Source: an uncultured delta proteobacterium
Lineage (GTDB): Bacteria; Desulfobacterota; Binatia; Bin18
Assembly: GCA_963733195.1 (NCBI GenBank)
Contig: CAVTCR010000033.1
Location: 64,249-128,248, forward strand
Length of the DNA: 64,000 nt
Direction: 5' to 3'
The position numbers were made by a program, and so were the translations under genes. Positions 9,741-19,525 of this stretch are shown here, in pieces. Position 1 is the first letter of the stretch; each line of letters begins with the position of its first letter. A model generated the notes under the pieces. The model did not search any database. It was not told where the DNA came from and saw only the letters and a list, made by a program, of their open reading frames with translations.

Positions 9741-10005
9741 TCAGAAGGGGGAATCGAGATCAGGTACAGGCCGTTGTTCCTCGATTCCCGGAGGAGAAAG
9801 CAAACCTTTGATATTATCTCCCGATCCTCGCGGCTGTCTGAGCGGCGCATTGGCACTGGGCATCGTAACATTCTGCTCGGCACGCACAGTGACGTATACA
9901 TCGGGAACAAATTCCCGAAAGCGCTGTTTCAATTGTTCTCGCAACTGAGTTATTGTTAAGCCGACAACCTGAACATCATTTATGAGAGGAGTGAGGCAAA
10001 TTTCA
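9741..10005 (-). pseudogene. Fragment of a polysaccharide-export (Wza-like) domain
   Basis: TPLINDVQVVGLTITQLREQLKQRFREFVPDVYVTVR resembles LPLVNEVQVVGLKTAELRETLEKRFREFVTDAYVTVR of 32867..33484; N-terminus missing. Confidence 0.7.
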
Positions 10006-10037
10006 TATTTTTACACCCATCGAGCCCCGGCTTCATC

Positions 10038-10274
10038 TCATGTAGACTGCTTCTGCAGCGCTGCACGAACTTCCTCGTACTCAGGGAATCTGCCCGTCGC
10101 TTTCTTGGAATAGATCTTCTTCCCGTCGACAAGCACTTCAAAGCGTCCGTCATCGTACGGGGCTAAAGTGAGTGAGTTCACGCGTTGTTTATACTCGTTG
10201 AGTAGTTGTTCCGTCAGACTGACGGCTTCAGGTTCATAACTTCACGCGGCGCAATATTCGATGCGGATTTCCAT
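10038..10274 (-). CDS. Rdx/SelW-SelT-SelH family selenoprotein (78 aa, CxxU)
   Basis: MEIRIEYCAA-TGA-SYEPEAVSLTEQLL...DDGRFEVLVDGKKIYSKKATGRFPE; AAGGAG RBS; in-frame TGA at 10242-10244. Confidence 0.92.
10211..10225 (-). promoter_or_regulatory. Putative bacterial SECIS apical hairpin
   Basis: CCGTCA-GTC-TGACGG; stem starts 16 nt and loop 22 nt after the UGA, with GT in the loop. Confidence 0.7.
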
Positions 10275-10386
10275 ACGAGACTCCTTTGGGAGAAGAATAC
10301 AGAAGTTAGAAGTCAGAATCTAGAATAGTGCTTCATCGCAAAGGATTTGAGGGGTGTGTCATTCTCCCTCACTGAAGATGAGGAGT

Positions 10387-10416
10387 TGTCATTGCGAGCA
10401 TAGCTGAAGCAATCTC
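10387..10416 (+). repeat. TGTCATTGCGAG...GAAGCAATCTC palindromic repeat element
   Basis: tgtcattgcgagcatagctgaagcaatctc resembles a widespread small intergenic palindrome family. Confidence 0.5.
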
Positions 10417-10501
10417 GGTCTTCCCTCTTCTAAATTCTCAAAAGCAGCTTTGCTTTCCCTCTGTGGCTGGTCTATGCTCCGGGCAAGATTCATGAAGGAG
10501 G

Positions 10502-11815
10502 ATGGTTATGGACTGGCGTGAACGCTGCGGCGACAAGCTTGTCGCTGCCCAGGAAGCGATGAAAGCTGTGCGCGATGGAGATTCAGTGCAAGTGAACTGG
10601 CTGCATGCCACGCCGGTAACGTTATGTGAGGCGTTGCTTGCACGAAAGGATACGCTCCGCAACGTTACAGTCGGTACAATTGGTCCGCTGTTTAATTGGG
10701 ACCAGCCAGGTGCAGATCAAGCTCTGACGATACAGACACCGTACCTTGGTGCCACAACACGGCCCATGATGGAGAAGGGGAAAGTGGATTTCGTTCCGGT
10801 GATGTACTACCGCCACCATGAACTACCACCGGGCTTACGATGCGATGTCTATCTGACGCCGGTCTCGCCACCGGATAAGCACGGATATTGTAGTTTCGGG
10901 ACTGGTCTCTTCATGTCGAAGACGATGAGTGCTGCGGCACGAGTCGTGATCGCTGAAGTGCACGAAGGCTTCATTCGTACCGGTGGTGAGAATTATATTC
11001 ACGCCTCAGAAATCACACACTTTGTCGAACCTACCACGCCGCCAGCGACACTTCCGGCTACTGCACGTAACGAAGAAGAGGTCACGGCGACCGAGATCAT
11101 CTGTACGTTGGTAGCAAATGAATTGATCAATGACGGAGATACTGTCCAGATTGGACTTGGGAGCGTCTCATCACCCCTAGCGATGTATCTTGATAATAAG
11201 AATGATATCGGTATTCACACTGAAGTCATTCCCGGCGGAGTTGCGCGATTAGTACAAAAGGGTGTGATTACTGGAAAGTATAAAACGGTCAACCCGGGAA
11301 AAGTCGTTGCTAGTGCTGGTATTGGCGTGTTACCCGACGAACTCGACATTATCGACCATAATCCTAACTTCGAGTTCTATGATTTCACCTATACCGATGA
11401 CTTACGCTTGCTCGTGAATCAGAAGAACTACGTTGCGGTCAACAATGCATTGGCCATCGATCTAGGTGGGCAAGCGTGTTCGGAATCGATCGGGCCGTTG
11501 ATGTATACCGGCACTGGTGGACAGGCAATTTTTGCTGTCACCGCCGCCTACTGCAATCCTGGGAAATCGGTACTCGTCACTCCGTCAAGTTCGATCGTGA
11601 AAGGCCGACGTATCTCGCGGATCGTGCCGACATTGGAAGCTGGCAGTGTGGTGACGGCGCAGCGTGCCTTTGTTGATTATGTCGTCACTGAATATGGCAT
11701 CGCTACGTTGCGCGGCAAAAGTCTGCGACAACGAGCTGCCGCGCTTGTCGAGGTGGCACATCCTGAGTTCCGCCCGGATCTCATGAGAGAAGCGCAGCGT
11801 ATCTATCTGATGTAA
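10502..11815 (+). CDS. Acetyl-CoA hydrolase/4-hydroxybutyrate CoA-transferase family
   Basis: [32 protein letters not shown] and [10 protein letters not shown] motifs. Confidence 0.93.
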   Translation: MVMDWRERCGDKLVAAQEAMKAVRDGDSVQVNWLHATPVTLCEALLARKDTLRNVTVGTIGPLFNWDQPGADQALTIQTPYLGATTRPMMEKGKVDFVPVMYYRHHELPPGLRCDVYLTPVSPPDKHGYCSFGTGLFMSKTMSAAARVVIAEVHEGFIRTGGENYIHASEITHFVEPTTPPATLPATARNEEEVTATEIICTLVANELINDGDTVQIGLGSVSSPLAMYLDNKNDIGIHTEVIPGGVARLVQKGVITGKYKTVNPGKVVASAGIGVLPDELDIIDHNPNFEFYDFTYTDDLRLLVNQKNYVAVNNALAIDLGGQACSESIGPLMYTGTGGQAIFAVTAAYCNPGKSVLVTPSSSIVKGRRISRIVPTLEAGSVVTAQRAFVDYVVTEYGIATLRGKSLRQRAAALVEVAHPEFRPDLMREAQRIYLM

Positions 11816-11867
11816 GAACGTGGAACGTAATGCGGAAAAACGTGAACTGGTAAAAATAAGGCTTGAT

Positions 11868-13925
11868 ATGGAACAGAAATTCACTAATCGCCTAGCTCAG
11901 GAAACGAGTCCTTATCTTCTCCAGCATGCACACAATCCCGTGGATTGGTATCCGTGGAATGAGGAAGCATTTGCCAAAGCCAAAGCTGAGAACAAGCCGA
12001 TATTACTCAGCGTTGGCTACTCTGCGTGCCACTGGTGTCATGTGATGGAGCGTGAATCGTTTGAGAATGAGAAAATCGCTAAGCTCATGAACGATCTGTT
12101 TGTGAATATCAAGGTTGATCGCGAAGAACGACCAGATGTTGACGAGATCTACATGAATGCGGTGCAGATGCTCACTGGTCGCGGCGGATGGCCAATGACG
12201 GTGTTTCTCACGCCGGAAGGCAAACCCTTCTACGGAGGAACGTATTTCCCTCCTGAGGATCGCCATGGCTTGCCTGCGTTTCCGCGCGTACTTGCTGGTG
12301 TTGCGCAAGCGTATTACGAACGCCCACAAGATATTGTCAACGCGACGACACAGATTCTGGAGAACCTCGAAAAGATTGCGCATCGTGAAGAGACCTTACG
12401 CCCTCTCCAAGTGGAAGCGTTGGAAAAAGCCGCCGCGACTTTAGCCCAGCATGTTGATCACACGCATGGCGGATTGGGAGGCGCGCCGAAATTTCCCAAC
12501 TCCATGGTGTTTGCCCTCTTTCTCCGTCAACACAAAGCTAGTGGAAGTGCGCAGTACCTTGATATGACACTCCATACATTGCGCAAGATGGCCGACGGTG
12601 GGATGTACGACCAGATCGGTGGTGGATTCCATCGCTACTCTGTTGATGAACGCTGGCTCGTACCCCATTTTGAGAAGATGCTGTACGATAACGCGTTGCT
12701 CGCTCGTGTCTATCTCGAAGCCTATCAGGTGACACAGGATGTGTTCTTTCGCCAAGTAGTCGAGGAGATTCTTGCCTATGTTGAGCGAGAGATGTTGCAC
12801 CCAGAAGGCGGGTTCTACTCGACGCAAGACGCCGACTCAGAGGGTGAGGAAGGAAAGTTTTTTGTCTGGAGCCGAGATGAGGTGCTACACATTCTTGGTG
12901 ATGAGGTCGGAGAGATTTTCTGCCGCTACTATGATGTGACCGATGTCGGGAATTTCGAACACTACAATATCCTCCATCCGACACTTTCGATTGAACAATT
13001 AGCAAAACTCTTCCGACGCGATGCCAATGAATTATCGCGACACCTGACCGAGGCGAAGCAAAAGCTTTTTGCCGTACGCGAACACCGGGTGAAACCTGGG
13101 CGTGACGAAAAGATCCTGACGAGTTGGAATGGGCTGATGCTCTCGGCGTTTGCCGAAGGGTACAAGGTTCTTGGTAATCCGCGCTACCTAGAAGTTGCGC
13201 GTAAGACGACCGACTTCATCTTTACTCGGCTCTACCGGGATGGGCGGCTTTTACGCAGTTACAAGGATGGTCAAGCGAAGTTCAACGCCTATCTCGACGA
13301 CTACGCATTCTTGACGGCGGCATTGCTTGATCTCTATGAAGCGACATTTGAACGTTCGTTTCTGAATCGAGCGGTCGAACTTACTGAGACGCTTCTCACA
13401 CGCTTTTGGGACGAAACAGAAGGCGCGTTCTTTTTCACGAGTAGCGATCATGAGGAGCTTATCAGTCGAACGAAATCGGCGTTTGATGGCTCAATTCCCT
13501 CCGGGAATTCTGTGGCAGCGTTTAACTTGTTACGCCTCTTCTACTTGACTGAGAAACAAGACTATCTGACCAAAGCGGAGAAGTTGCTGCGGCTTTTCTA
13601 TGATGCCATGGAGCAAAATCCATTCGGCTTCAGTCATATGCTCTGCGCGCTCGATTTTTATCTGCGCCGACCAAAGGAAGTGGTACTCTTGGGAGAAAAG
13701 CACGAGCCGCAGACACGCGAGTTGATTGCTTACATTCACAGCTTGTTTATTCCGAATAAGACGTTGATCTGTATAGACCCGCAGCAAGGAGACCCGCTTC
13801 CGAGTTTGCTGACTGGGAAGACACAGATCGAAGGCAAAGTCACTGCATACGTTTGCCACAATTTCACCTGCTCGCTACCAGTTACGAACCGAGAAGCGCT
13901 GAAAGAAGTACTGCTCTCGTCATAA
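11868..13925 (+). CDS. Thioredoxin domain-containing protein (YyaL/SSP411)
   Basis: [37 protein letters not shown] and [10 protein letters not shown] motifs. Confidence 0.95.
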   Translation: MEQKFTNRLAQETSPYLLQHAHNPVDWYPWNEEAFAKAKAENKPILLSVGYSACHWCHVMERESFENEKIAKLMNDLFVNIKVDREERPDVDEIYMNAVQMLTGRGGWPMTVFLTPEGKPFYGGTYFPPEDRHGLPAFPRVLAGVAQAYYERPQDIVNATTQILENLEKIAHREETLRPLQVEALEKAAATLAQHVDHTHGGLGGAPKFPNSMVFALFLRQHKASGSAQYLDMTLHTLRKMADGGMYDQIGGGFHRYSVDERWLVPHFEKMLYDNALLARVYLEAYQVTQDVFFRQVVEEILAYVEREMLHPEGGFYSTQDADSEGEEGKFFVWSRDEVLHILGDEVGEIFCRYYDVTDVGNFEHYNILHPTLSIEQLAKLFRRDANELSRHLTEAKQKLFAVREHRVKPGRDEKILTSWNGLMLSAFAEGYKVLGNPRYLEVARKTTDFIFTRLYRDGRLLRSYKDGQAKFNAYLDDYAFLTAALLDLYEATFERSFLNRAVELTETLLTRFWDETEGAFFFTSSDHEELISRTKSAFDGSIPSGNSVAAFNLLRLFYLTEKQDYLTKAEKLLRLFYDAMEQNPFGFSHMLCALDFYLRRPKEVVLLGEKHEPQTRELIAYIHSLFIPNKTLICIDPQQGDPLPSLLTGKTQIEGKVTAYVCHNFTCSLPVTNREALKEVLLSS

Positions 13926-13948
13926 GACATAGGCCAAAAGGGGGAGCT

Positions 13949-14455
13949 ATGCGTATCGTGGGAGTGGTGTTGCAGATCGTCTTTTTTCTCGCATTAGTGT
14001 TTGCCTCGTTGTTGGTTGCTGGTGTGATTTCTAACCGCCTGCCCTTGAATGACCCGCCTGGTTTCGGCACACGAATCTCAACGTATCTCTCTACGAATGT
14101 TGCCGAAACTTCGACTGACTCTGCTTTTCCCGAGTTAAAACTGCGCCGTTACGAAGCGCCACCGAGTTTGTTGTTTGATGTCGTACGGCGCGCTGTCCAA
14201 GGAATGAAATGGGAAGTGACTGCAATGGATGACACGAAGAATGAGATTCGTGCAGTTGTCACAACCAAGCTGTGGAAATATAAGGATGACGTGACGGTAC
14301 AAATCCAGCCTGCCCAGCCGAGCGGGAGTTGGCTGTGGATTCGTTCTTCCTCACGTGTGGGGAAGGGGGATTTAGGGGCGAACACGCGCCATGTGATGGA
14401 CCTGGTTCGTTATGTTGATGAAACCGTGCCAAAACAAGCATTGGTTACACAATGA
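13949..14455 (+). CDS. DUF1499 family membrane-anchored protein
   Basis: N-terminal TM segment; KLWKYKDDVTV and IRSSSRVGKGDLGANTRH motifs. Confidence 0.85.
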   Translation: MRIVGVVLQIVFFLALVFASLLVAGVISNRLPLNDPPGFGTRISTYLSTNVAETSTDSAFPELKLRRYEAPPSLLFDVVRRAVQGMKWEVTAMDDTKNEIRAVVTTKLWKYKDDVTVQIQPAQPSGSWLWIRSSSRVGKGDLGANTRHVMDLVRYVDETVPKQALVTQ

Positions 14456-14501
14456 TGAGTTAAGAATGAAGAGTGAAGAATTAAGAGTACGTCAGAAGGG
14501 A

Positions 14502-14711
14502 TACTCGTACCCTGTCAGGGGGATTGTGAAGGGCTTCCGTCTGTCATGCCCGCACAGCCTGTCCCAAGTTCTACTGGGACTTGTCTCAGGTTCTACCGAG
14601 AGCGGGCATCCAGAAATCTCAAGCCGAAGCCGTGAGGTTTACCCCACGGCTTCCCACTTCCGCGAGAATGATGCCGCCACAATCTCCCTCTCAAATCTCA
14701 ATGACCGAGTA
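14502..14711. ncRNA. Candidate large structured RNA of unrecognised family
   Basis: Nested stems tactcg/cgagta, agggggattgtg/cacaatctccct, ggctt/aagcc, tctg/caga and atgcccgc/gcgggcat; two GTTCTAC-loop hairpins; a gaagccgtg/cacggcttc hairpin. Confidence 0.65.
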
Positions 14712-14767
14712 CTAGCTTTCGCATAACTCTTCACACTTCATTCTTCATTTCCTAAAAAGGGGGGACA

Positions 14768-15649
14768 ATGGAGAAGCCGGTACGCTTCTACAGCGAAACC
14801 GTGCCAATGGCCGGGGTGCTATTCATGCCCGAGGGAATGGCTGCAAATGAAAAGCGACCCGGTATCGTCATGTGTCACGGATTTACCGCGGTCAAAGAGG
14901 TTCTGCTTCCAGAGATTGCACGCAGGATGGCTACCCTCGGGTATGTCACCTTAACTTTCGATTATCGTTTTTTGGGGGCGAGCGGGGGTGAACCACGTCG
15001 GCAAATCCTACCGATGCGGCAGATTGAAGATATTCGTAATGCCGTCACGTTTTTACAGAACCAGCATGAAGTGAACCCTGAACGGATTGGTTTACTGGGA
15101 GTGAGTCTTGGTGGTGCGAATGTCAGTTATGCGGCGGGAGTCGAAGATCGTGTGAAAGCCACGGTGAGTGTGTGTGGCATTGGTGATTGCGGCCGCTGGA
15201 TTCGTGATGCGTGCCACTTTTGGGAATGGAAAGCGCTGTTACAGCGACTCACAGAGGATCGACGCGAGCGGGTTGTGACCGGGAAGTTGCAATATGTTCA
15301 TGCCAAAGACATCGTCCCTGAACCTGAAAGCACCTCCGTCCTGTTCGAGCAGATTCTTCATCAGTATCCACAATGGAGCCGGGAGATCACACTGGCTTCT
15401 GGGGAGGCGCTGATAGCCTATCGCCCGGAGTCGGTCGTCGAGAAAATATCACCGAGAGCTATTATGTGGTTGCATGGCGATGCCGACGAGCGCGTGTCGA
15501 TGGAAGAATCGGTTTCGATGTTTAATAAGGCTAGCGAACCGAAGAAGCTTGTGATTCTTCCAGGCCTTGGGCACAGTGATATTATTTCGGGTCCTGGACT
15601 AGATCAAAGCGTGCCATATATCAAGGAATGGTTTGCCTTACATCTTTAA
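14768..15649 (+). CDS. Alpha/beta hydrolase (FrsA/DAP-like)
   Basis: MCHGFTA, FDYRFLGASGG, GVSLGG nucleophile elbow, HGDAD, GLGH. Confidence 0.9.
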   Translation: MEKPVRFYSETVPMAGVLFMPEGMAANEKRPGIVMCHGFTAVKEVLLPEIARRMATLGYVTLTFDYRFLGASGGEPRRQILPMRQIEDIRNAVTFLQNQHEVNPERIGLLGVSLGGANVSYAAGVEDRVKATVSVCGIGDCGRWIRDACHFWEWKALLQRLTEDRRERVVTGKLQYVHAKDIVPEPESTSVLFEQILHQYPQWSREITLASGEALIAYRPESVVEKISPRAIMWLHGDADERVSMEESVSMFNKASEPKKLVILPGLGHSDIISGPGLDQSVPYIKEWFALHL

Positions 15650-15746
15650 GGCAAAAGTCAAACGTAGCGTGCGTGGTGAGTGCTTTAGCAGTGACCCTAC
15701 TTGCAACCTTTACGTTTGAATGTGCGAATAATAGGGAGGGAAACGA

Positions 15747-16535
15747 ATGAGTGATTTTCGTGAAGAATACGTTGAATTGAGCGGCGCGAAAGTTCACCTG
15801 TTACGTGGGGGAAAAGGAGCCCCGCTGTTACTCTTGCACGGGGCGGCTGGGAACCCGGGCTGGTTGCAAATTCACCAGATGCTCGCTCAACACTATGAGC
15901 TATATTTCCCAACCCATCCTGGGTTTGGTCGTTCAACACGGCCAAACTGGTTCGACTCCATGAGTGATATGGTTGATTTTTATATGGACTTTCTCGACCA
16001 TTTTAAGCTGCAGCGTGTTCCGGTTGTCGGCTTTTCGATGGGAGGATGGATTGCGGCAGAATTGGCAGCGACGTGCCCAGAGCGTGTGACGAAGCTGGTC
16101 TTGGTTGATGCCGTTGGGTTGAAAGTAGAAAGCGTTGAGATTGCTGATATTTTCCTGCTCACTCCACAAGAAATGTCTCCGTTAGTATTCTATGACCTAA
16201 ACCAAGTCGTAGAGAGGGAAAAACTCTTTCCTGCAAAGCCCACACCTGAAGAAGTGGAGCTGCGAGAAAACAGTCAACTTATGGCTCAGCTTATTGGGTG
16301 GAAGCCGTACATGCATAACCCAAAACTGATTCATCGCTTACGTCGCGTGACGTCACCGACACTTGTGGTGTGGGGCAAGCAAGACCGATTGGTGCCGCTT
16401 GCGCACGGAGAGGCATATTGTAAGGCGATCCGTAGAGCCGAACTTAAAGTGCTAGATTGTTGTGGCCACTCGCCACAACTGGAACGACCAGCAGAATTTG
16501 CTGCGATAGTTGAAGAATTCTTGGCGCGCGCTTAA
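15747..16535 (+). CDS. Alpha/beta fold hydrolase
   Basis: LLLHG, PGFGRS, GFSMGG, WGKQD and [10 protein letters not shown] motifs. Confidence 0.92.
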   Translation: MSDFREEYVELSGAKVHLLRGGKGAPLLLLHGAAGNPGWLQIHQMLAQHYELYFPTHPGFGRSTRPNWFDSMSDMVDFYMDFLDHFKLQRVPVVGFSMGGWIAAELAATCPERVTKLVLVDAVGLKVESVEIADIFLLTPQEMSPLVFYDLNQVVEREKLFPAKPTPEEVELRENSQLMAQLIGWKPYMHNPKLIHRLRRVTSPTLVVWGKQDRLVPLAHGEAYCKAIRRAELKVLDCCGHSPQLERPAEFAAIVEEFLARA

Positions 16536-16555
16536 GCAAGGGACAAGGGGAGCAT

Positions 16556-17702
16556 ATGATTGATTACTATTATTTCAGCGAGATGCCGTATCCTGAAACT
16601 CCGGAGCTTGATCAGTATCCATCTATTCGTCTGACTTATCCCAACAAATACTTTAATCCGGAAACTGGGGCCAAACTCTATAAACGCTATCTTGATGAGT
16701 ATGCGTATGCAGAGACGGTGGGGTTTGATGGATTAATGGTCAATGAACACCATAACACCCCAACCTGTATGCATATGGCCGTGAACCTGAGTGCGGCGGC
16801 TCTCATCCAGCGCACGAAGACCAGCAAAATTCTTCTCTTGGGGAATGTGATCGCGTTATGGGAGAATCCCATCCGTCTGGCGGAAGAAGTTGCCATGCTC
16901 GACCTGATGTCTGAAGGGCGGATCATCTCGGGTTTTGTGCGTGGCATTGGTATCGAGCAATTTTCCATGAACCTCAATCCAGGATTGAATCGAGAGCGCT
17001 TTCAAGAATCTCATGATTTAATCCTCAAAACCTGGACGCAGCCTGGGCCGTTCCGTTGGGAAGGGAAACATTTCCATTTTCGTTATGTGAATCCGTGGAT
17101 CTTCCCTTTACAAAAACCGCACCCACCCATTTGGATTCCTGGAATCGGCAGCCGGGAATCAATCATATGGGCTGCACAGCATGGCTATCCTTACGTTTCG
17201 TTTCTGGCGCCGATGGATATGGCCGAGCAATGGTTTGATCTTTATCGTGAAACCGCGCAAGAGAGTGGCTACACGCCGACGCAAGACAACCTTGGATACA
17301 TGACCGGTCTCTTCGTTGCCGATACCGAGGCGGAAGCGCGTAAATCGTTTGAGCACTATTTGTGGCGAACCCAGACCTCACTAAAAGGGCCGATACATTA
17401 TTATATGCCTATCGGGATGACGACACGTGGAACAGCCTCTATTCTTTCGGAAGGAGGGGTCGGTAAAAAACATAAACCAGTTTTTCAGATGTCGATTGAT
17501 GAGTCTGCAGGAGTCTGGTGGCTTTGTTTTCGGAACACCACAAACAGTGAAGCAACGGCTCAAGGAAATCATTAAGCGTTTAGGTATCGGACACATGATT
17601 TTCGAAGCACAGTATGGCGGATTACCACATGATTTGACGATGCGGAGTATTGAGTTGATGGGCAAGGAGGTATTACCTGCGCTGCGACAAGAGCTAGCAT
17701 AG
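16556..17702 (+). CDS. LLM class flavin-dependent monooxygenase (one frameshift near 17500)
   Basis: NEHH, NPIRLAEEVAMLD and PLQKPHPPIW; C-terminus GTPQTV...GKEVLPAL continues in ORF 17427..17702. Confidence 0.88.
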
Positions 17703-17718
17703 GCAAAGTATCTCCATC

Positions 17719-17748
17719 GTAGAGACGTGACATATCGCGTCTTTCTAC
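17719..17748 (+). repeat. GTAG-type REP-like palindrome
   Basis: gtagagacgtgacatatcgcgtctttctac just after a stop codon. Confidence 0.6.
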
Positions 17749-17906
17749 CAAGTACATCTCATGCGAAATCTCAGGAAGTGAATCCACAATTCACTCGAAA
17801 AAACTATAGGGCTGGGCCCTGAGCGATTTGAAAAGGGGCCGATGGTGTCGATACACCAGAGATATGAATAAATGCCTACTGGCAATTGTTGCATTCGCGA
17901 GGTGAC

Positions 17907-18440
17907 GTGCAAAAAGGGGTAGTGAATACGTGTCGCTTGCTATTATTAGTCCTTGCAGCACTCATCAGTCATTCGAACTGTGTTGAAGCGCAAATCTACA
18001 AGTGGGTGGATAAGAATGGAGTCATCCACTTTGGACAAGCTCCGCCGCAAGGTACTGACGGCACGGCAAAAATGGAATCGACACTACCAACTAAGAGCGT
18101 TGGTCCGAATATCGATCATTCTTCAGTAGAAGCTGAGAAAGCTCAACGAACTGAGAAAAAGCCTCCAGTGGTGGAAGAACGCGCCCCAACGATGAATCCG
18201 CAAGTCGCGGCCGAAATGTATTCGACCAGTTGGTGCGGGTATTGTCGGAAAGCACGTGAGTATTTTCAGGCACGGGGGATTCCTCTTATCGAGTACGACA
18301 TCGAAGTTGATGATGCTGCAGCTCAACGCAAACGACAAATCGATCCGCGCCCAGGAGTGCCACTGGTTGTGATTAATGGACAGCTGATTCATGGTTTTGT
18401 TCCGGCGATGTATGAACGTGCTTTAACTCGTCGGCCCTAA
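17907..18440 (+). CDS. Secreted DUF4124 + glutaredoxin domain protein
   Basis: Signal peptide; IYKWVDKNGVIHF (DUF4124); YSTSWCGYC and GVP (glutaredoxin). Confidence 0.88.
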   Translation: MQKGVVNTCRLLLLVLAALISHSNCVEAQIYKWVDKNGVIHFGQAPPQGTDGTAKMESTLPTKSVGPNIDHSSVEAEKAQRTEKKPPVVEERAPTMNPQVAAEMYSTSWCGYCRKAREYFQARGIPLIEYDIEVDDAAAQRKRQIDPRPGVPLVVINGQLIHGFVPAMYERALTRRP

Positions 18441-18478
18441 GACGGGAAAGGGCGAAAGAAAAATAAAGGATTACTCTC

Positions 18479-19231
18479 ATGCTTCTAGCGAATAGAGTTG
18501 CGTTAATTACCGGTTCATCACGAGGGTCGGGTGCTGGGATTGCTCGTGTCTTTGCTCGTGAAGGCGCACAGATTGTTCTGAATCAAGTTAAAGATGAAGG
18601 CAATCCGCAACGGGTGCTTGAAGAAATTCATGCTGCTGGAGGGAAGGCTCTTTGTGTGAAGGCAGATATTACGAATGAGCAGCAAGTCAATGAGATGATG
18701 AAAAAAGCTGAAGACGTATTTGGGCAAGTTGACATTTTGGTTAGTAATTACGCAGCAGCGATTCCGCGGAAGAGTTTTTCCGAGATGACGTGGGGAGAAT
18801 GGCAGGAGCAAATAGAGACAACCGTAAAGGCAGCGGTTCTGTGTAGCCAAGCAGTATTACCTAGTATGAAGGCACGACGCTGGGGCCGTATCATTAGTGT
18901 CAACACTATCGGTATTCACCAACCTGCTTTGACGTATCATGGCTATACCGCTGCAAAGACGGCCATGATCGGCTTTACTCGTAACCTGGCGGTTGAAGTT
19001 GGACAGTTCAACATCACCGTCAATATCATTTCTCCGGGACTGACGTTGACCGAAGAAGTGAAAGCGATGCTCACCCCCGAAGCTCAGGAGAAACATGAGA
19101 AACAAATCCCGTTGCGCCGTACTGGCACTGTCGAGGATACTGCCAATGCTGCGTTGTTTTTTGCTTCAGATCTCGGGAGTTTTGTGACCGGACATTACTT
19201 ACCGGTTTGCGGTGGACAGGTGATGGAATAA
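18479..19231 (+). CDS. SDR family oxidoreductase
   Basis: TGSSRGSG, YTAAK and ITVNIISPG motifs. Confidence 0.92.
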   Translation: MLLANRVALITGSSRGSGAGIARVFAREGAQIVLNQVKDEGNPQRVLEEIHAAGGKALCVKADITNEQQVNEMMKKAEDVFGQVDILVSNYAAAIPRKSFSEMTWGEWQEQIETTVKAAVLCSQAVLPSMKARRWGRIISVNTIGIHQPALTYHGYTAAKTAMIGFTRNLAVEVGQFNITVNIISPGLTLTEEVKAMLTPEAQEKHEKQIPLRRTGTVEDTANAALFFASDLGSFVTGHYLPVCGGQVME

Positions 19232-19525
19232 CTTCCAGTTCCAAGTTTCTAGTTGCTATAGTCGATGGCGTTTCCTTTTTGACATAAATGTCCGATAAAT
19301 ACGCTAGCGTTAAAAATATAGACCTGGAGATTTGTGCCCTTACTTTTCTGTTTGCGAGAGAGGGCATTTTTATCATGGACTCTTTGTGAATTTCAGTTTA
19401 TTGTCTCACCTTAAGGGCTTAGATGGCGGGCAGATTGTGGATGACATCCTTCAGCTTGCTGAGATGTTGAGCCGGTTCTTTGGTCGTTAGGTTGCTGTTT
19501 GTTTATCTGAAATACGAGAGATTCT

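Noticed and set aside
14518-14726. tmRNA: GGGGGAT start and tag-like ...NDRVLAFA* frame
   Set aside because: No TpsiC arm or CCA acceptor end, and the tag-like frame lies at and beyond the closing stems rather than inside; likely coincidence.
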